From Balanoglossus misakiensis (lineage: Eukaryota; Animalia; Hemichordata), in NCBI GenBank assembly GCA_040954595.2, contig CM082596.2, forward strand, positions 4,333,025 through 4,397,024: a stretch of DNA of 64,000 nucleotides, in the 5' to 3' direction. The translations under genes and the position numbers were made by a program. Within the stretch, counting starts at the first letter, position 1; the number at the start of each line of letters is the position of its first letter. Below the pieces are notes generated by a model. That model did no database searches, was not told the origin of the DNA, and was given only the letters and a program-made list of their open reading frames with translations. Positions 25,334 through 40,397 of this stretch are shown one piece after another.

Positions 25334-28300
25334 CACACCCATCTCGGAATATATTAAGCGAAAGGAACTGTTCAAGGACGGGCTAAGGGGTCCAATCAAA
25401 CAAGTGGTTGAGCGTACCTGGCGCAAGTTCTTGAAGGACAATTATTTTGAAGGGTATCCTTCGTTTGTACCCATTGTGCCGAGCTGATTTCTGTTCTAAT
25501 AAAAATTGAAGGTGGTTTCTTGTGTAAATAATAAACACACGTTGAGAAATAGCATTGAGTGGTAGCGTGCTAAGCAAATAAACTGTTAATGTTGAACGGA
25601 AAAGAAGTGTTGTCTCTAGCGCTTAGCTGAAAAATACACCTATGTCGTCAGTTAGAAGCGAAAGTTTACACAAAGCTTAAATTCACTAACATTTGACCGA
25701 GTCACTTTTGTCCTACACTACACACCATTTCACACCAACTACGTGATCTTCCTAGAATTCAGTGTTTCGCTTAACCGAATTTTCGCTCATCAAGTTAAGT
25801 AAATTACCATTGTGGAATGAACGGGCACCAAACGTAAAAAAGAGTTCGAATCCCGTAAATGATTTTTCACGCCCCATCGCCCGTCGCAAAACCAACGACC
25901 ACATTCTCTATGTAGGCACTCGTTGGTTTTTTGAGTGCACGGGCGTTGATATCGTAAAGTTTAATGTGTACCATTCTGCGACTAAGCTTAAGTTTTCGTA
26001 CAATAGAAAACCACGAGGCAAGGAATAACTTCACCTTGTCAATGGTTGAACTCTCCTAGTTTCTCTGTATGCAGTTTTAAATACTTTTACATGGCATGAC
26101 AACCTATTGCAGTTGTTGTGGTCGAAGGTATCGCCCGCGGGTCGTTTCGGTCGACCATGACAGAGTTTTTGGACAAGATTTGGTGGAAGGTATTTGGAAG
26201 TACATGCCTTGACGTTATTCGAAAATCGCTTCATATCTCTGATATCAGAACACAATTCGCCTCTTCAGACAGCTGCCTATTGTTCTTGTATTCGGCTGCT
26301 GATAATATTGCTGCAACACTGAACACAGTTTGAGGCTGTCGCACTCCCATGATAAATGTCGAAACAGAGGTCGAAACATCATGAAGAAGAAAGCTAGACG
26401 GTGCTTTACCGTAATTGTGGAATTGTCTACCATGACTCACACCCAAAGTCGACATAAATCTTTGACTGCAACAAACCCTTTTGCTTTGTTATAAGAATTC
26501 AGGAAATCCTTACCTTTTGTTCCCGACAACTCCCGATTTCGGGACAGCTTGCTAGTAAGACAGCGTAACGGTACGCGCAACCTCACTGATTTGAAATAGG
26601 GTTCACTTTCACGCACTATTTATTTTAACAAATATCACGTGACTTTCAGGACTAGGCACGGCTTTACCCCAGGTGATACCCTCCCAGCTATAACTTTTCA
26701 CGAGGTTGCTTTGCTCTATAAAGATTCTTATCAAATGAAAGTTTAGCACTTTCCTTGATCTGTTGGTAAATTGGTCGCGGTACGTTCAAAGTTTAAGTCA
26801 TTGTCTTAACTTTAAAGTGATATTTACTTATTCAATAATTACGAACGACGGTATAGAAACAATCAAAATTTGCCCTTTTTCCAAGGTTTACATGATTTGT
26901 CGAAATGTTTCACAAGGCTAGTCTGAAGCCCCAAGGAGATTTGATTCCAATCACAATATTTGAATAAAATACATGTATGTTGTTCCACACTGTCACTGAA
27001 ATCCTAGAAAAACTCGCTCTATAACACTTTTTTATTCGTTTCAAAGATGTTTCAGGCATATGCATATCTGTCTGTTTCCTTTTCTGAAATGCTGTCCATT
27101 ACGCATCTTTCACGTACAAGAATGATGCTGTCGCACTTTTGAAACAAGCCAATTTATAAACTATAGACTTTAAAAACAGACACCTTTGGAACAGAGAGAC
27201 GTTTTACCAACACTACAGCTAGACGGAGATTTCTGTCAGATACTTGTTAACGTTGTCGAGATTGCGAGGCTAACAATTGACGAAATGATGGCGGCAGTGT
27301 AAGAATGTTGGCATGTAACTGTGAAGGTCTAGAGAATTGAATACAGTCTGTACTCTCCGGAAATTCTTTAATGGTAAAAATTGTTTCATGATATCTGTTT
27401 GGAAAAACTTACCAGGAGTTCTTTGCCAAAACACAGTTATCTTATGTACTATAGGCAATTTGATATATACCGCTGAACCCCCTCCCCCCTACAATTCCCC
27501 GACAAAACCCACATTCAATTCATGGAATTTCACGTAACTGGGCTAAAGTATGATGCCATCTGTACCATGAGTGACATGTAATATAAACCGTTCTGCGAAT
27601 AGCGTCTTCTTGTGGCATTATCAAGCGTTCTCATAATACATCATCATGAATTTGTCACGTCTTGATATAAAAAAAACAACCTGTTGAATAATGCGAATTT
27701 TGTTTTAGATTGTTCTGATAAGTAGAAATGGTGTCGCTTTGACTTGGTCGAGTCGACCTGTAACATCCGGGAACACACGTGCCCAGCAGTGAAAGGTACC
27801 AAGTTCTTCACTCTCTACTTGCTAGTAAAGTAAATAACAAACAATCCCATCCGAACAGAGAACAAACAAATAAACAACAATTGAATGCTCCTATTGTGTT
27901 GAAATCAACATCCACAGTATGACCGATTACGACATCAATATTAGCAAGGTCTTCTATATTATTATTACTGTTAAATTGACTTAGTGCCCAAGTAACAATA
28001 TTGAATAGATTGTAATCAGTATTTCAAAGTCACCTGCACAGGTGTTTTTGCACGTTTCAGCTGACCATGCTGATCATAATCCGAATGTGAATGTGTCTCA
28101 TATAATTCTCATTTCGGTTATCCTTGTACAGGTTACGCCACAGAAATTCTACAAGGTAGTTATTTATCAGTTCCTATTATGAGCAGTTGACAGCTTTTAT
28201 TCTTTGTTTGTATACTATTTCTCGAAAGGTTATGCCTACCAACACGATTGCCAAGACACCACAACGCATCAGTATTAAGGTAGTAATAAATATGGGCCGC

Positions 28301-30379
28301 CAAAATGAAACTCTCGAACCTTTTCTCAGATTTTGCTCAGAGCAAAGTTTTCTTAAAATTGAGAAATAAAAAAGTGCGACAGCAGCATAGACGCGAAGAA
28401 AAAACAGCAATGTCGCTGTAGTGTGTATGAAACACCTCCGGCCGGATATTTGGTCCGGCTGAATTTGGTCTGTTAATGCAATCAACAGCTACTTGAAACC
28501 AATGACGTCAATTTCTTGTTTGGTTCAAACTTGTTATCAGGTGCCTCGATACATTGAAGAGGAATTTAAGAAGAAAAGAAGTAAAAGTTTACGCGCCAGG
28601 GGAGGAGACACGACTACATATTAACACAAGTATTTGTTCAAAAAGCTGTTTGCCCAATTTCTAGGTTAACGAGCCAGTGGAGTACCTCTACCAGGAACCG
28701 AAAGAATTCGATTTTACTTTTAATCTCCGGGTCGGTATCCACTAATTTGTTGTTTTGATTGACGACTATTTACACTGCATAAACGAGGAAACTTGTAAGC
28801 ACCCGTTTTTCAATTTTAATTTATCGACGCTGTCAACTCGAACAAAGGTGGCAATTCTTCCTGCCATGCATCACTTTCGGTGAATCGATGATCAGTTTGA
28901 AGTCAAAAAGCAAAGAAGGTCGGTTTACTCCGGGTCACAGACACAACATTGAAAGGTCGATGCGCTTCATTAAACGTCACTGATAGACTTGCCTCGCTGT
29001 TGCTAAAGTTGCTCATCATTAATTTAAGCGGCAACAGTCGTGTTTTAAAAGAAATATTACCAGATTTGTAGCATTGTCGCATTTCTCCGGCTATGCGTCT
29101 GTTGGTCGTTAAGGAAGTGGGGAAAGTTTTACTCGCATACCTGGCCGTGGCACTCTCATCTGCAGGGGAATAGGCGACCATGCGTGTTCCCAAAATGGGG
29201 GTATATTTTGTTCATTATCACAGTCCGTGAAAAAGGGCAGGGAACCAATTCTTTAAAAAAAAACTCTCAAAGTTTTGAGTCTCCCATTTTCAGAACTGGT
29301 TCAAACCGGAGTTCGAAATGTAGATCACTGTCCCACCTTTTGGGCGTGACCCTTCTGAAGACCAGAACAGACTGGTGCGCATGTTCACAGTAAAAAAACA
29401 CCCATTGCTCAATTCAGCATCGCGATGGGTCTATTTAATCTTTTCTCTCGTAAAATTTGGGAAATGGGGGCGTTTCCTCGTCTATTTTTCTCCCATATTT
29501 CTCTAGAAGAGCGTATTCTTGCCTACCAAATTTTATCTGAGTGTAACACTCCCTGAGTTACATAGCTATGTAATGTTAAAGGGACATTAGCTGTAAGTTT
29601 TTGCTTTGTTGGAGGAAATGTAAAGTAGTGATTTTTTGTGAGAACATTCATTTTTTTCTGAAAATCTGTCCCAGAGGCGCATAATACCCAAAGAATTCCC
29701 CTCAAATTCTTTTATCAAAATGGTCTATATAAATGTAAAAGAAAGTTTGGCCGCCGTAATGTAATATCTGTAGGCCTTAAAGGTGCATTTAAACCAGGTA
29801 TTTTTTTACAGAAGATATTTGTCAGCCTGGGGTTGAACAGACATTGACAAAATTGTCTTAGAGAATCTGGTTTCACGGCCACTCTGCTTGTACATGAGCA
29901 CAATAGTACTTGTGTCACCCATTATCCTACTGTGTTCTTCTATATGTTGACTGCTCACTTTCAAGTTTCGACCTTGTGCCTGTCTTTTCCCCAGCTTGCA
30001 TGAGAAAACTTTGAAAGGAATCTGCTGTACAATGCATGTTTACATGTTTATATACCTGGACGTCTTGACGAGTGAGACCGCAACAGGTTAAAGGTCAAAC
30101 CAAGTTGGTATCTTTCCAAAATACAAAAAGCTTCGCCTCGAACTTTCCATAGAAGCCCAGCATAGAAATATGTAAGCTTTAGAAGATACGCCATTATACC
30201 TTTTTTTCATGTGCGGATTGAGCATAAAACATGAAGTAGCTCCACCATTAACATTTTATTATGTAGAATGATTGCTGTATAAAAGTCCTCCTAAAACCCG
30301 ACTTGAATAATCTCATGCTCCGAGTCAACTCTTTGCGAAAACTATAACCCATCAATACATCGTCACAGCAACCGACAGG

Positions 30380-30525
30380 GCAGGCACTCTATAGAGGTCA
30401 CTTGCCCTTTCTTCTGGTTCCCTGTCCCGATTCTACCGCTGGCTGCACTGTACATGTGCTTGGATTGTACCATTGTAACCAAGTGGGCACTATATAGAGG
30501 TGGCCACTAACATAAGTTTGATTGC
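30380..30525. mobile_element. Possible degenerate DNA-transposon/MITE remnant
   Basis: Two GGCACT(C/A)TATAGAGGT-like units, ending in an AGTTTGATTG-like terminus. The resemblance is weak and no second TIR was found. Confidence 0.25.
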
Positions 30526-30635
30526 ATTGGCTTATCAAGAAGGCAGTCTATAATTTGGTTGATTGATTCTTCATATGGCATCAGCCTATTCCATATCTTC
30601 ACTGCATCGGCGCTTTGCCCAGTACTGGGATGGAT

Positions 30636-33600
30636 TCACATGTGGGTTGGTTCACTAACTACTGCAAATTTGATACCATGATCATTCAACCTCTCTATCA
30701 GTGTGGTCTTTGCAAATGCTGCTCCGGGAGTGTATACACCACCGCTGAAATATTGGGGGGAAAAACCAAATTGAGACATCTTTGTCAATTAATGACTCTG
30801 GCAATTAAAACAAAATGGCTGCCAGGACTGGTCATGTCTGATGCAGACAGAAGATACAGACAGGCTGATATATGGAAAGACGCAAGAACAGACCTCAAGA
30901 ATCTCAGCAGATACACCCTTGAACTCTGTCAACTTGTCCATGTTTTACACTTTCTTATACAAATTCTAGTACTAATAATTACAAGTTGAAAGTGTTCCTA
31001 CCTGTCTGGTAGAGCTGCATATTCGGACAACAATGTGAGGGCGGCCTGTACCATTGCAATCGGTGTAGCAACATAGCCAGGCTCTGCAATCAAACCAGAT
31101 ATATTATTTTTTAGATTTAATAAACGGCTTGCGAGGGTATTTGGTTGCGCTGATATAAGACCTCTCAGGTGAAAATTAGCGTATTTGGTGGGAAATAATC
31201 ACCGAGAAAGCGACACAAGCACATTTATTTACCTGGTCCTGTTACCCTGGTAACCATTTTCATATCGTGTTGCCCCTTATTTTCTGCTTTCTCGCTGAAT
31301 CCTTCTCCATAGAATGTCATTGAGAAGGTCACATCTTCCATCTGTTCTCTAGAGGGCCCCTCATGACTGACGAGACCAAATGTAAACAATCGGGGATACT
31401 GAGGAAGACAAAAAGATGAAATAATCTTGGATATGCTTTCAATTCTTTCTGTTAAATGTTATTGCCAGATAGAATATCAAGACAGCACTTATTTATGACA
31501 AAATGGCCACAAAATTGAAGAAATATCAGTACAGTCAAAAATTCTCTCAATACCTACCTTCTCCAGCAATGTCCGCCCAAACTTGAATCTAGCTAACACC
31601 ATGAATATGAACCCAAAGACCATCATTGATATCAGCGACAATATGCCAGGTAAAGTGAAATACACACCAACTTGAACCTAGAAACGAATAAATACAGCCT
31701 TTAACCATACATACACATACACATTGCACAAACAGATATATATTTATCAAAACTAAAGCTCCCAAACTTTAAATTAATACAAAATGAATGAATAAGTCTT
31801 GACTCAGCTGTGGACAGAATTGGAAAGGATATAGGATTATGGGTGTTGTTTGTGAAGGACAGATAACTTACCGGTCTCTGCTTCTCTGTTTCATAGGAAA
31901 ACTTCTGTGTTCTCCGTACGACAGATGCATCGGCACCGAGAAACGGAATGCACCATTTCTTCACGTCTGGACTGAAGAAAGCCATTCCCCTACAGTACGA
32001 AGAATTTCACCACATTGTTGGAAACTGTTTGCCCGTGAAACTGATTTAACCCTTTCGTCCCCAGTTCCATCAAAAGCGGTTTTTGGCAAATTTTCATCAC
32101 CCGTGCATGACCTTGCATCCCCGTACAACAAATTTTGTATATACATGTACTTGACACTGACAGTTTTTTTTCAAACATTCCAGTCCACAGTGACTCACCT
32201 TCTTTGTAGTCTGGGTTTTAATTTGGGCATCGGCTCTTTATTCAATTGCTTCCGGATTTCCTTGAGTTTTTTTTGATCCGCAAAACCATGTATTGCAGAC
32301 TGCCATGTACCATAGTGGATACCTACACCCTGCAAAAAAATAGACATCAAGAAACTGTTACAGAAACACCAGCCCTTTTAATCCCTTCACCCCCAGTTCC
32401 ACATATATTTGTACTGAATCAATCCAGACTTGCTAAACGATAAATTTCTGAGTTACCTTTGATCCAGTGTGAAACTTCATATAATCCTCCACAGTGTTTA
32501 ATTCTCCTGCAGGAAAAGAAAGAAAAATATGTGAATATTTGCCTCAGATTCTGGAAGCACTTTCAATTTCTTTCACTGTAGGTATTCTTTATGAGTACAA
32601 GGTAAAGAATGCCTAATTCATATCAGTTAATTGACCCCTACTTGCCTGGAAATTTTTGCTTGATAAATTGGACTCCCATATCGGCTGGTATGCTATCAAA
32701 ACCACAGCATCCAATCACATAGACCTTTTTCTTTTTGGCTTCTTCGTGGTATTTCATTTGCATATTTTCCAGAAACTGTCAATCAACAGAAAATTGGCAT
32801 TATGTGGATGCAAAACAAAGAATTTACTTACTTCGGCCTGAAGTTTTGGACCAAGAATCTATGGATTAGATCTGAAATGACTACTGTACCTGAGGTTCTC
32901 CACTGATGTCAATATGATGCGAGCCATTCTCAACACATGCCTTCACAACTTGCTCACCCCAAAATCGATACTGTAAGAAAATGCATTTTTGTAAACTACA
33001 TTAAAGCAATTTTATCGAAAACATTGATAAATAAGTTTATGTGCAGGAATCCAGTTTGTGTAACACCATTGAATCAAGGGTTGTTTTGATGAATGATAAC
33101 ATATGCATTACTTAACAGCTATGTATATATTTAGCCCATCTTGGGATGAATGTGAGTTGGCTAAAAATAATGGGTTTGGACTGAACCATGACGGTGACAA
33201 GTTTATAAAACTGTGTACTGGTGTGTCTGAAGTGATGTGAACTTACTGGTCCAATGCAATTCAGGATTAGCTTAGCCTGTTTACATAATGTTACCAAGGA
33301 GTCTTCATCAGTGACATCTGCCATCAACACTGCAATGCCATCGAGCGACTTCCCTGGTGACAGAAAACAATGGAAAACAAAACAAGTCATAAATTGGCTG
33401 AGGACGGATCGATGGTTTCCTGCAGAGTCAAGAAAACCCGTGAATGACAGACACATTTGTTACCCCTATCAGTCTAATCAACAGGAAAAAATTGTGATTG
33501 ACCGTTGACCCCACTATCGATATGCGTTGCAAAGACCAGAAACGAACAAACGAACACTACTTAAAAAGTTTAGAAAAAGCAGAATAAATACTAGGCAGTG

Positions 33601-33916
33601 ATAACGCAGACAGGATATAATCATGGAGGTTTCTGGCATGTCCGGTACATTCATGAGATGATGTACACGTGTATAAGATAACACAGGTCGTATGAGTGAC
33701 ACGCCCACTCAACATCTAACATACAATGTAGTTACCTGTTTGTAATTCCGCCTTTTTAAGAACAGCCTTTAACTTTGATTCGCTCCGCCCAGCAATCGCC
33801 CATTTAACCTTTTGATCTTCGGCCACTCGAGCAAGTTCCTCGACGACATACTGGCCCGTGAACCCGCTGGCACCGAATACCACCACGTCAAACTTCTTAT
33901 CTGTGGGCGCAGCCAT
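30636..33916 (-). CDS. SCCPDH: Saccharopine dehydrogenase-like oxidoreductase; exons 33736-33916, 33247-33353, 32890-32970, 32646-32775, 32457-32506, ~32199-32329, ~31872-31989, ~31558-31677, ~31233-31398, ~31001-31083, 30636-~30745
   Basis: Rossmann motif FDVVVFGASGFTG, then WAIAGRSESKL, LNCIGPYRFWGEQVVKAC, DISGEP, CGFDSIPADMG, GPEPGYVATPI and GGVYTPGAAF. All are hallmark SCCPDH segments, and the splicing is frame-consistent. Confidence 0.93.
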
Positions 33917-35763
33917 GTTGAATCCAAACACTGTTCTGGGGATAGCCTTGGACTCGACATCGATTTCGGATTCAGTTTGTTTCGGGTTGAGTTTCAGGTT
34001 TGAATACAGTACTATTTGACTGCTGTGCGCCACCAAGTGGTGTAAACGATTCAACTGTCTTTTTTATCATTCATTCTCCATAGGATTGTACCACAAAGAT
34101 AGAACCGTGGCGTTTAGCATCTTTAACAGCCGTTCACTGGTTGCCAAGGTTTCAATGACAGAACCAAACAACAAACTTCAGCTATTTGCTATCCACATGC
34201 ATGGTTGGCTTCATGAATAGATATGTAGCTAGGGAGACTTTACATTTTACATTAAACTAGGTGATCAATCTTCCTGACATGTGATCGTTCACCAGATTCT
34301 CATATTTCCAAATTTTATACCCGTTAAAATAAACGACTGGACACTTTCGTTTACAGGTCAAAAGTTCACTCAGCACGGGGTATCAAAATTCTATATTTTG
34401 TTCAGATGAAAGAAGAACAAAAATAATTGAAAGAATTAAAATTTTATAGCCGACAAATATATTCCCATGACGGACTTTTTTAATTTCATGATGATATATT
34501 GTGTACTTACTTATCAACTAATTTATGACGTAAAATGATAAAAAGTCATAGATACTAGACTAGGCTGGGAGTGGTTGTATGTAGAGACAGTTATTGACTA
34601 CTGAGGCATGCACAGGTTTTATTAATTACTACAGTGCATGAAATCGGAAGTGTCCTCCATTTTTTCATGGCCATGTTTTTTTATTGCCCATCACAAAGGC
34701 AAAAATGGAAAGTATTATTATTTGCAATTAACCATTGATAAAAATATCCTTGCGATTACTATTTTGTACATTGACAGTGACAAAAGGTGACCATGTAATA
34801 CTTTCATATCCCCATGAAAACAGGAAAGTAATCATCTGACTAAGGGCAGGCACTTAGAGAACACTTCAAGCTGTGTTCAACTATGAACAGCAAGGGGCTT
34901 AGGCTTTCAAATCATTGTTGACTTTCACATAACCCAAATTTTGAGCACGAAAACAATTACTAACTTCAGGGTATGAAATAGAGAATATTTCAATTTAATT
35001 TAAAAAAACACTTGTGAAAAAATTATGCATATTTTTTCTGTAGTTATCCACTGTGCTTTTGTCAATCATAACCTGTAAGTGTCTGCAACTGGATACTGAA
35101 ATATATTTTCTCTAAACAGGCTTTACAACCCCAAAGGCTGAACTCTAGATGATATTAATGTAATATTATATGATAATCAATACAGTGCATAATTGCAATA
35201 ATTATCTAAATAGATTAATCAAGGCATAAAATTCAGGTTATTACCACTATCTTTGGATTTTGAACAAATTTCGTGTGGCTAGTGTTTCAGATAATTGATC
35301 TAATTTATATAAAATTTCATTAAATATGCAAATTGGATCATAATAAGTTTCTGGGCATTGACAGTATTCTTTAACCATTACAATGACTTGTTGGCATCTC
35401 TGTCAACTTCCCTCGTATATGTTTGACGATAGGTTTTATGGGACATAAAGAATTGTGTGGTCGAAGACAGGTTAATGGTTCCCACTAGAGGGCAGTATAG
35501 GTCACAACTTAAATGCCAGAGTGACATTCTTGTTGAAAAACACATCACCAACAATTGTTTATGCAAGCAAGTCAAAATAGCTGCAAAAGACACTGACTTC
35601 CGTGCATCTTTGATATATTGGTTGCAGTAGTCTAGAATCCAGACCCGTGTGGTTTTTTTTTTTTGCTATGTTCCACACACAGAGCATAGCGAAGAAAACA
35701 CACAAGTCTGGTTTCCTGGTCTCAAGGAGGTCAGCAATCCATTTCTTCATTCATTTCTCAATA

Positions 35764-35856
35764 TTGACCCTTTCACCACCATGGTTCAGTCCAAACCCAT
35801 TGTTTTCTATGGTAAGGTTGGATCTCTAAAGAGGGAACTGGGGGTGAAAGGGTGAA
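35764..35856. mobile_element. Second, inverted copy of the TTAA/CCCTTT MITE
   Basis: Reverse complement of the 40305-40397 element, with a few substitutions and degraded TTAA ends. Confidence 0.7.
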
Positions 35857-38800
35857 ACCTTCACAAGAGCACTTGTCATCCAGGGCAGGGTAGGCAACCT
35901 AAACATATACTAGTAGTCTAAACATCCAGCAGCTTCACCCACCCCAACAGTTTGACTTTAAACATTCCATGGTGACTGTCAGGCAGTGAGTTATTCTAAA
36001 CAGACCACAATATGATCCACCAAATGTACATATTTATGACCTTTACAAGCAAGTGTATAGTGTTGGCACTGCCTTGTCCAGATGCTGACAGGAATAGCAG
36101 ATTAGGTCAAGGGTATTGGAAATAGCCAAAATAAAAATCTTTCAATTTTTAACCTTTTTCATGAATTCAACGAAAGATATTCGCCACATTTGCTCAGGTG
36201 TGATACATGTGCATACGTGATACAACACCCAAAGTTGATTCAAAGATAAGAACACTCAGTCTGGACCTATTTTAATCTTTGTATGCCAATCTTGTCCGCC
36301 ATTTCTCTGGATTCTAGACTATTTGTATTCTGGCCTGAAGACACTACATTTGTTAGTTTCATGCCTGGGTCAGAGATAAAGTAAATGTACACAAGGAGCG
36401 TGGTTGATTATTAATCATCACTGATATCAGTAAAGATAGCCTATTTGTTTATCTTACAGGTTTTTCAGTTAATACACACACCAGTGTAAACATGCTATGT
36501 CTACAGCACATAAGCAGCTAGGGCACCTAACCCACAGATAAATGTCACCAGCACCAAGTTAGATATTGTTTATTGTATCCAGTAACGACCAGTACCAGAC
36601 ACCGTTTTGTCCAACCCTTCTTATCTCCATCGGTGATGAGGCCAACAGGGTTGGATGCTTTGCGGTCACATCTGGCAAGAATTCAGCTCAAATTGTGATA
36701 GCTGACTGATACGCTAATAGGTAATGTTTGACAAAATAAAATATACAATCTTTTGGACACTAGAATATCAAGTCTTTCGTGAAGGCAAGAATTTGTATAG
36801 TGGACTGCACAATTATACAGAATTAGATACATTATAGACAGCCAGATTGTATTACATTATTGACCATTTGATGAAAAGGCCACACCATTTCACATAGCTA
36901 TATAAGTAGTAGTTTAAAATTTTGAAATTGAGTACATTTCATGTTATCTATTGCCATATGGTTGTTTGGTATTATATAATGATTTCATAAACACTTCAGA
37001 TGCCATGGAGAACCTGTGTAATCATTTACAGTGAAAATAGTTCCGGGCATGCAAGGAGGGGTTGTTGCTATGGCTTCCTTAGCATGGGTGTTAATTAATA
37101 ACTGTCAAGATAAGAGCCATGTCTCCTGGGATATCTTTTGTTTCTAGTCGTGTTCTCTGCGCTTGGCAACACTTATTCAGTTACAATGTCAAATACCAGC
37201 ATTCCCAGGTAGTCAAAGAGCCAATCGGAGAGGTCGGTCGGTCAACGGTTGCAGAGTGCAGTCAACGTGTCCCTTCATGTCTCGCAGAACCAGCGTTTGG
37301 GTCATCTGTCTCAAATTCTCAGCTGACCATCTGTCACTAGTGTGTGGAGCATAGCGAAATAAAACCACGAGTCTAGATTCTAGACTAGTCTGTCGCCAGT
37401 TTAGTGCAAATTCGGTTTCAATGTTTGACCTCAGTAACACCAACGTGTCTGAATCCAACGCTCCATTTAGAATTTCACAAGCACCGAGTAAATATTAAAG
37501 CCCCATGGAAGTCCAGCAATCCAGCTATTTTATTAGTTTCCAGGTGGCCTCTCGACAAATACCAACTGCACCACCCTGTTTGTTACTAATTTATAGGGGT
37601 AGGCCATGCCATGCAAGCCTTATTTTGAACCGTGTTAATTTGTGGGGGGTAGAGCACACCAACAAATCTTTCAACCTTGTTTGATTTTGAGACACATAGC
37701 ACACAATCACTTACAGACCCTTTCAAGTGTTTGTACAAAAACCACATCAACCTCCATTGCATGTTGAACCAGTTCAAACTACATGTACATCCAGTGCTTT
37801 CGCTTTGTTATTCACAAATTTTATTGGCGTCAAAAAATCATAAAACATCGACTCGAGTTGGAATGGAAGACAGCTGAAACCCTGGGCAGGGAGGGGCTGG
37901 TATAACAGGACACTCCATACTTTTCGGGTGTGTTATGTAATCAGTCACCTTTGCACTGACATGCCACCAATAAAACACAAAAAAATTCCACCCCTCTTGT
38001 ACAAGTCAACAAATTCATGTGATTCACTTGTCTGTTCACACTTGAACTGGTAAATTTTCACACATGGGGCGTGGTTAATACAGAGTGCCTTGTTATCTGC
38101 CCCGATCTGTACAGAGTTTCAACATGTCCTCAGTACTTACCTGCTAGCATTCTTTCCCTTAAACACAGCCACGCTTAACTATGTTTTCAACTGTTCCTAT
38201 CTACCCTCAATCATTACAATTTTTCATGGAATGTTTTTTTTTTAAATAAGAAAAATACATCTATTTCTTCCCTAAAAAAATCTTGCTGTTATTTTGAAAT
38301 TTTATGCCTCACTGCAAGAAATGTTGCATAGGAAATTAAGTGCATAGTTTGTTAATTTTTTAGGACGGCACACCCAAATTTACATTACAGAATTAGTTCA
38401 TATTTGGCAACGTTTTGTGAATCATTTATCAACAAACATTAGCAAGACACTGCAGAGAGAAAAAGGAGAGATTATGTGGCCATCACACAATTTCAAGTCA
38501 TTGCTAGATGCAGAATTTTCTCCGTTGTTAAAAAAATAAAAAGAGAGAGAAATACAAAATGATGGTAGAAACTCAAAAAAGTCATGGCACTGTGTCAATG
38601 AAGAAGAAGCCATCATGCACAGGTAGCAACATGCAATGGTTTAGGTTAGTAAATGGGGTTGACTAGAAACTGAATCTGAAACTGATAATATTGGCCAACC
38701 CATGTGACTGACGGACTGGTGAAATGATTGTCTAGTTGTGTCACCGAGTGAACAGCGTAGAAAAAAACAATGTTCATAGGAACAACAGAAAACAAAATGT

Positions 38801-40304
38801 TGCATTGATTGTTGTTAATGCTCTGTTTAAGATGCGAATGTCTTTTTTTTTGTCTGGTCTGTTTAGGTCAACATGCTGTATGAGACCCTTGAGAGAAGGT
38901 TGCATTTGTGGACGTCTATCAAGTGCTATGTGCTATGGTGTTCTCTAAGTCGGGGTGAAATTGGTTGATTGAATGGTATTTTGGCGAGTGGACAAGGTTG
39001 GCTTTAGGCTGAAATGGTGTGCACAAGAAATTACAAAATAAATAAATAAATATACCACTACAAGAAGTGTGACAAAAGGTTAACTGGAGTTTGTGTGTAC
39101 CCAATCGAGTTTTAGAAAAAACAGAATTAGCAGGCCATGCAGTATTACATCTGTTATTTCTATTGTGTTGAACCAGGAGAATGGCTATTTGGATCACGCA
39201 TTCCAAACAAAAAGAGATAACGATTGACAGAAAACACATGAGACACCAGACTAACGCATACACACGCTTGCATACAGCAGACACAAACATACAATGTATT
39301 CTGACCCATGTTCCAATGAAGAACTAGTGTGTTACAGGATGGCGAGTGGAGATGGGTTGGTTGGTTGGTAGGTAGGTAGGTACAGGTAGGTCAGCCGGTT
39401 GGTTTGCAGTATGGAATGACTGGCAGACACAGGCTTTTAGGGGATGACATCAATGAAGGGTATGGAACTTATGGCGTATGTAGGGTGGTACAGTTGGCTT
39501 TTTTTTTATTTATGAAGCAATTGACATGATATGAACGTGGGCTGCAAAGAAATGGACATGTAATGCTTGATTATGTCATGAGATACTTGAGAACCATCAA
39601 AAAGCGCACTTGTAAAAAGCATGAACACTGTGAGTGCACCGCATTGTTTAAGTTGGGAAGAAAAAATCTGATAGGCAAAAAAAAATATTAAAAAAAAAAC
39701 ACCATGACCAAGAATCCCCTAATGAGAAAGTCTAGCCCCATTACCTAGTGATAAGTTACAGTATATGTGTGTGTACTCTCTGAGATGAAATCAAATGATC
39801 ACGATGTCTGATTGAAATAGTGACAGTGGAGTTTGCTATTGTGAACTGTTTGGGATCACTTCATTCCCGCACCGGCCGCTTGTAACTGCACACGCTGGTC
39901 TGTTCGGCAGTTACATTGGCACGATGTTCTCTCAGAGAGTACACTGATTGCTATGTTTACCCCCACAACCACTGAGATTGAAAGCTGTGATGATGTGTGA
40001 ACCAACAGAGAGAGATAGAGAGAGAGAGAGCACACCACAAAAAAAACAAGAAGCAAAGGAGAGGGGCGCAGTGTCGGTGTGCAAGACTAATGCTACATGA
40101 TGAGCAATGATCCCCCTCCTCCACGCAGAGACCAGCCCGGATAATTTTAACCTAGCTAAAGAGTCTGACCACGGTCTGCTCCTATAGTCAGAGTGTATAG
40201 AGTACTGACCAGGCCCCTTAGCTAGGTTAAAAGTATCCACACCAGCCTGTGGGCAGAATGCAATGATCCATGAGTACACTGTTGAGCTTTTTAACACTAC
40301 AGCT

Positions 40305-40397
40305 TTAACCCTTTCACCCCCAGTTCCCTCTATAGTGGTCCAACCTTACCATAGCAAACAATGGGTTTGGACTGAACCATGGTGGTGAAAGGGTTAA
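40305..40397. mobile_element. piggyBac-type MITE (about 85 bp between TTAA target sites)
   Basis: TTAA-CCCTTTCACC...GGTGAAAGGG-TTAA. An inverted degenerate copy lies at 35764-35856, with fragments at about 32046-32068, 32378-32400 and 33168-33200. Confidence 0.75.

Noticed and set aside
25762-26520. Cluster of 60-90 aa ORFs with higher complexity and possible splice signals
   Set aside because: No recognisable domain or consistent exon chain. It could be a decayed transposon or regulatory DNA, but I cannot support a call without a search.
28177-29393. ORFs of 60-102 aa in the WAP-SCCPDH intergenic region
   Set aside because: No recognisable motifs, no convincing splice structure, and lengths compatible with chance.
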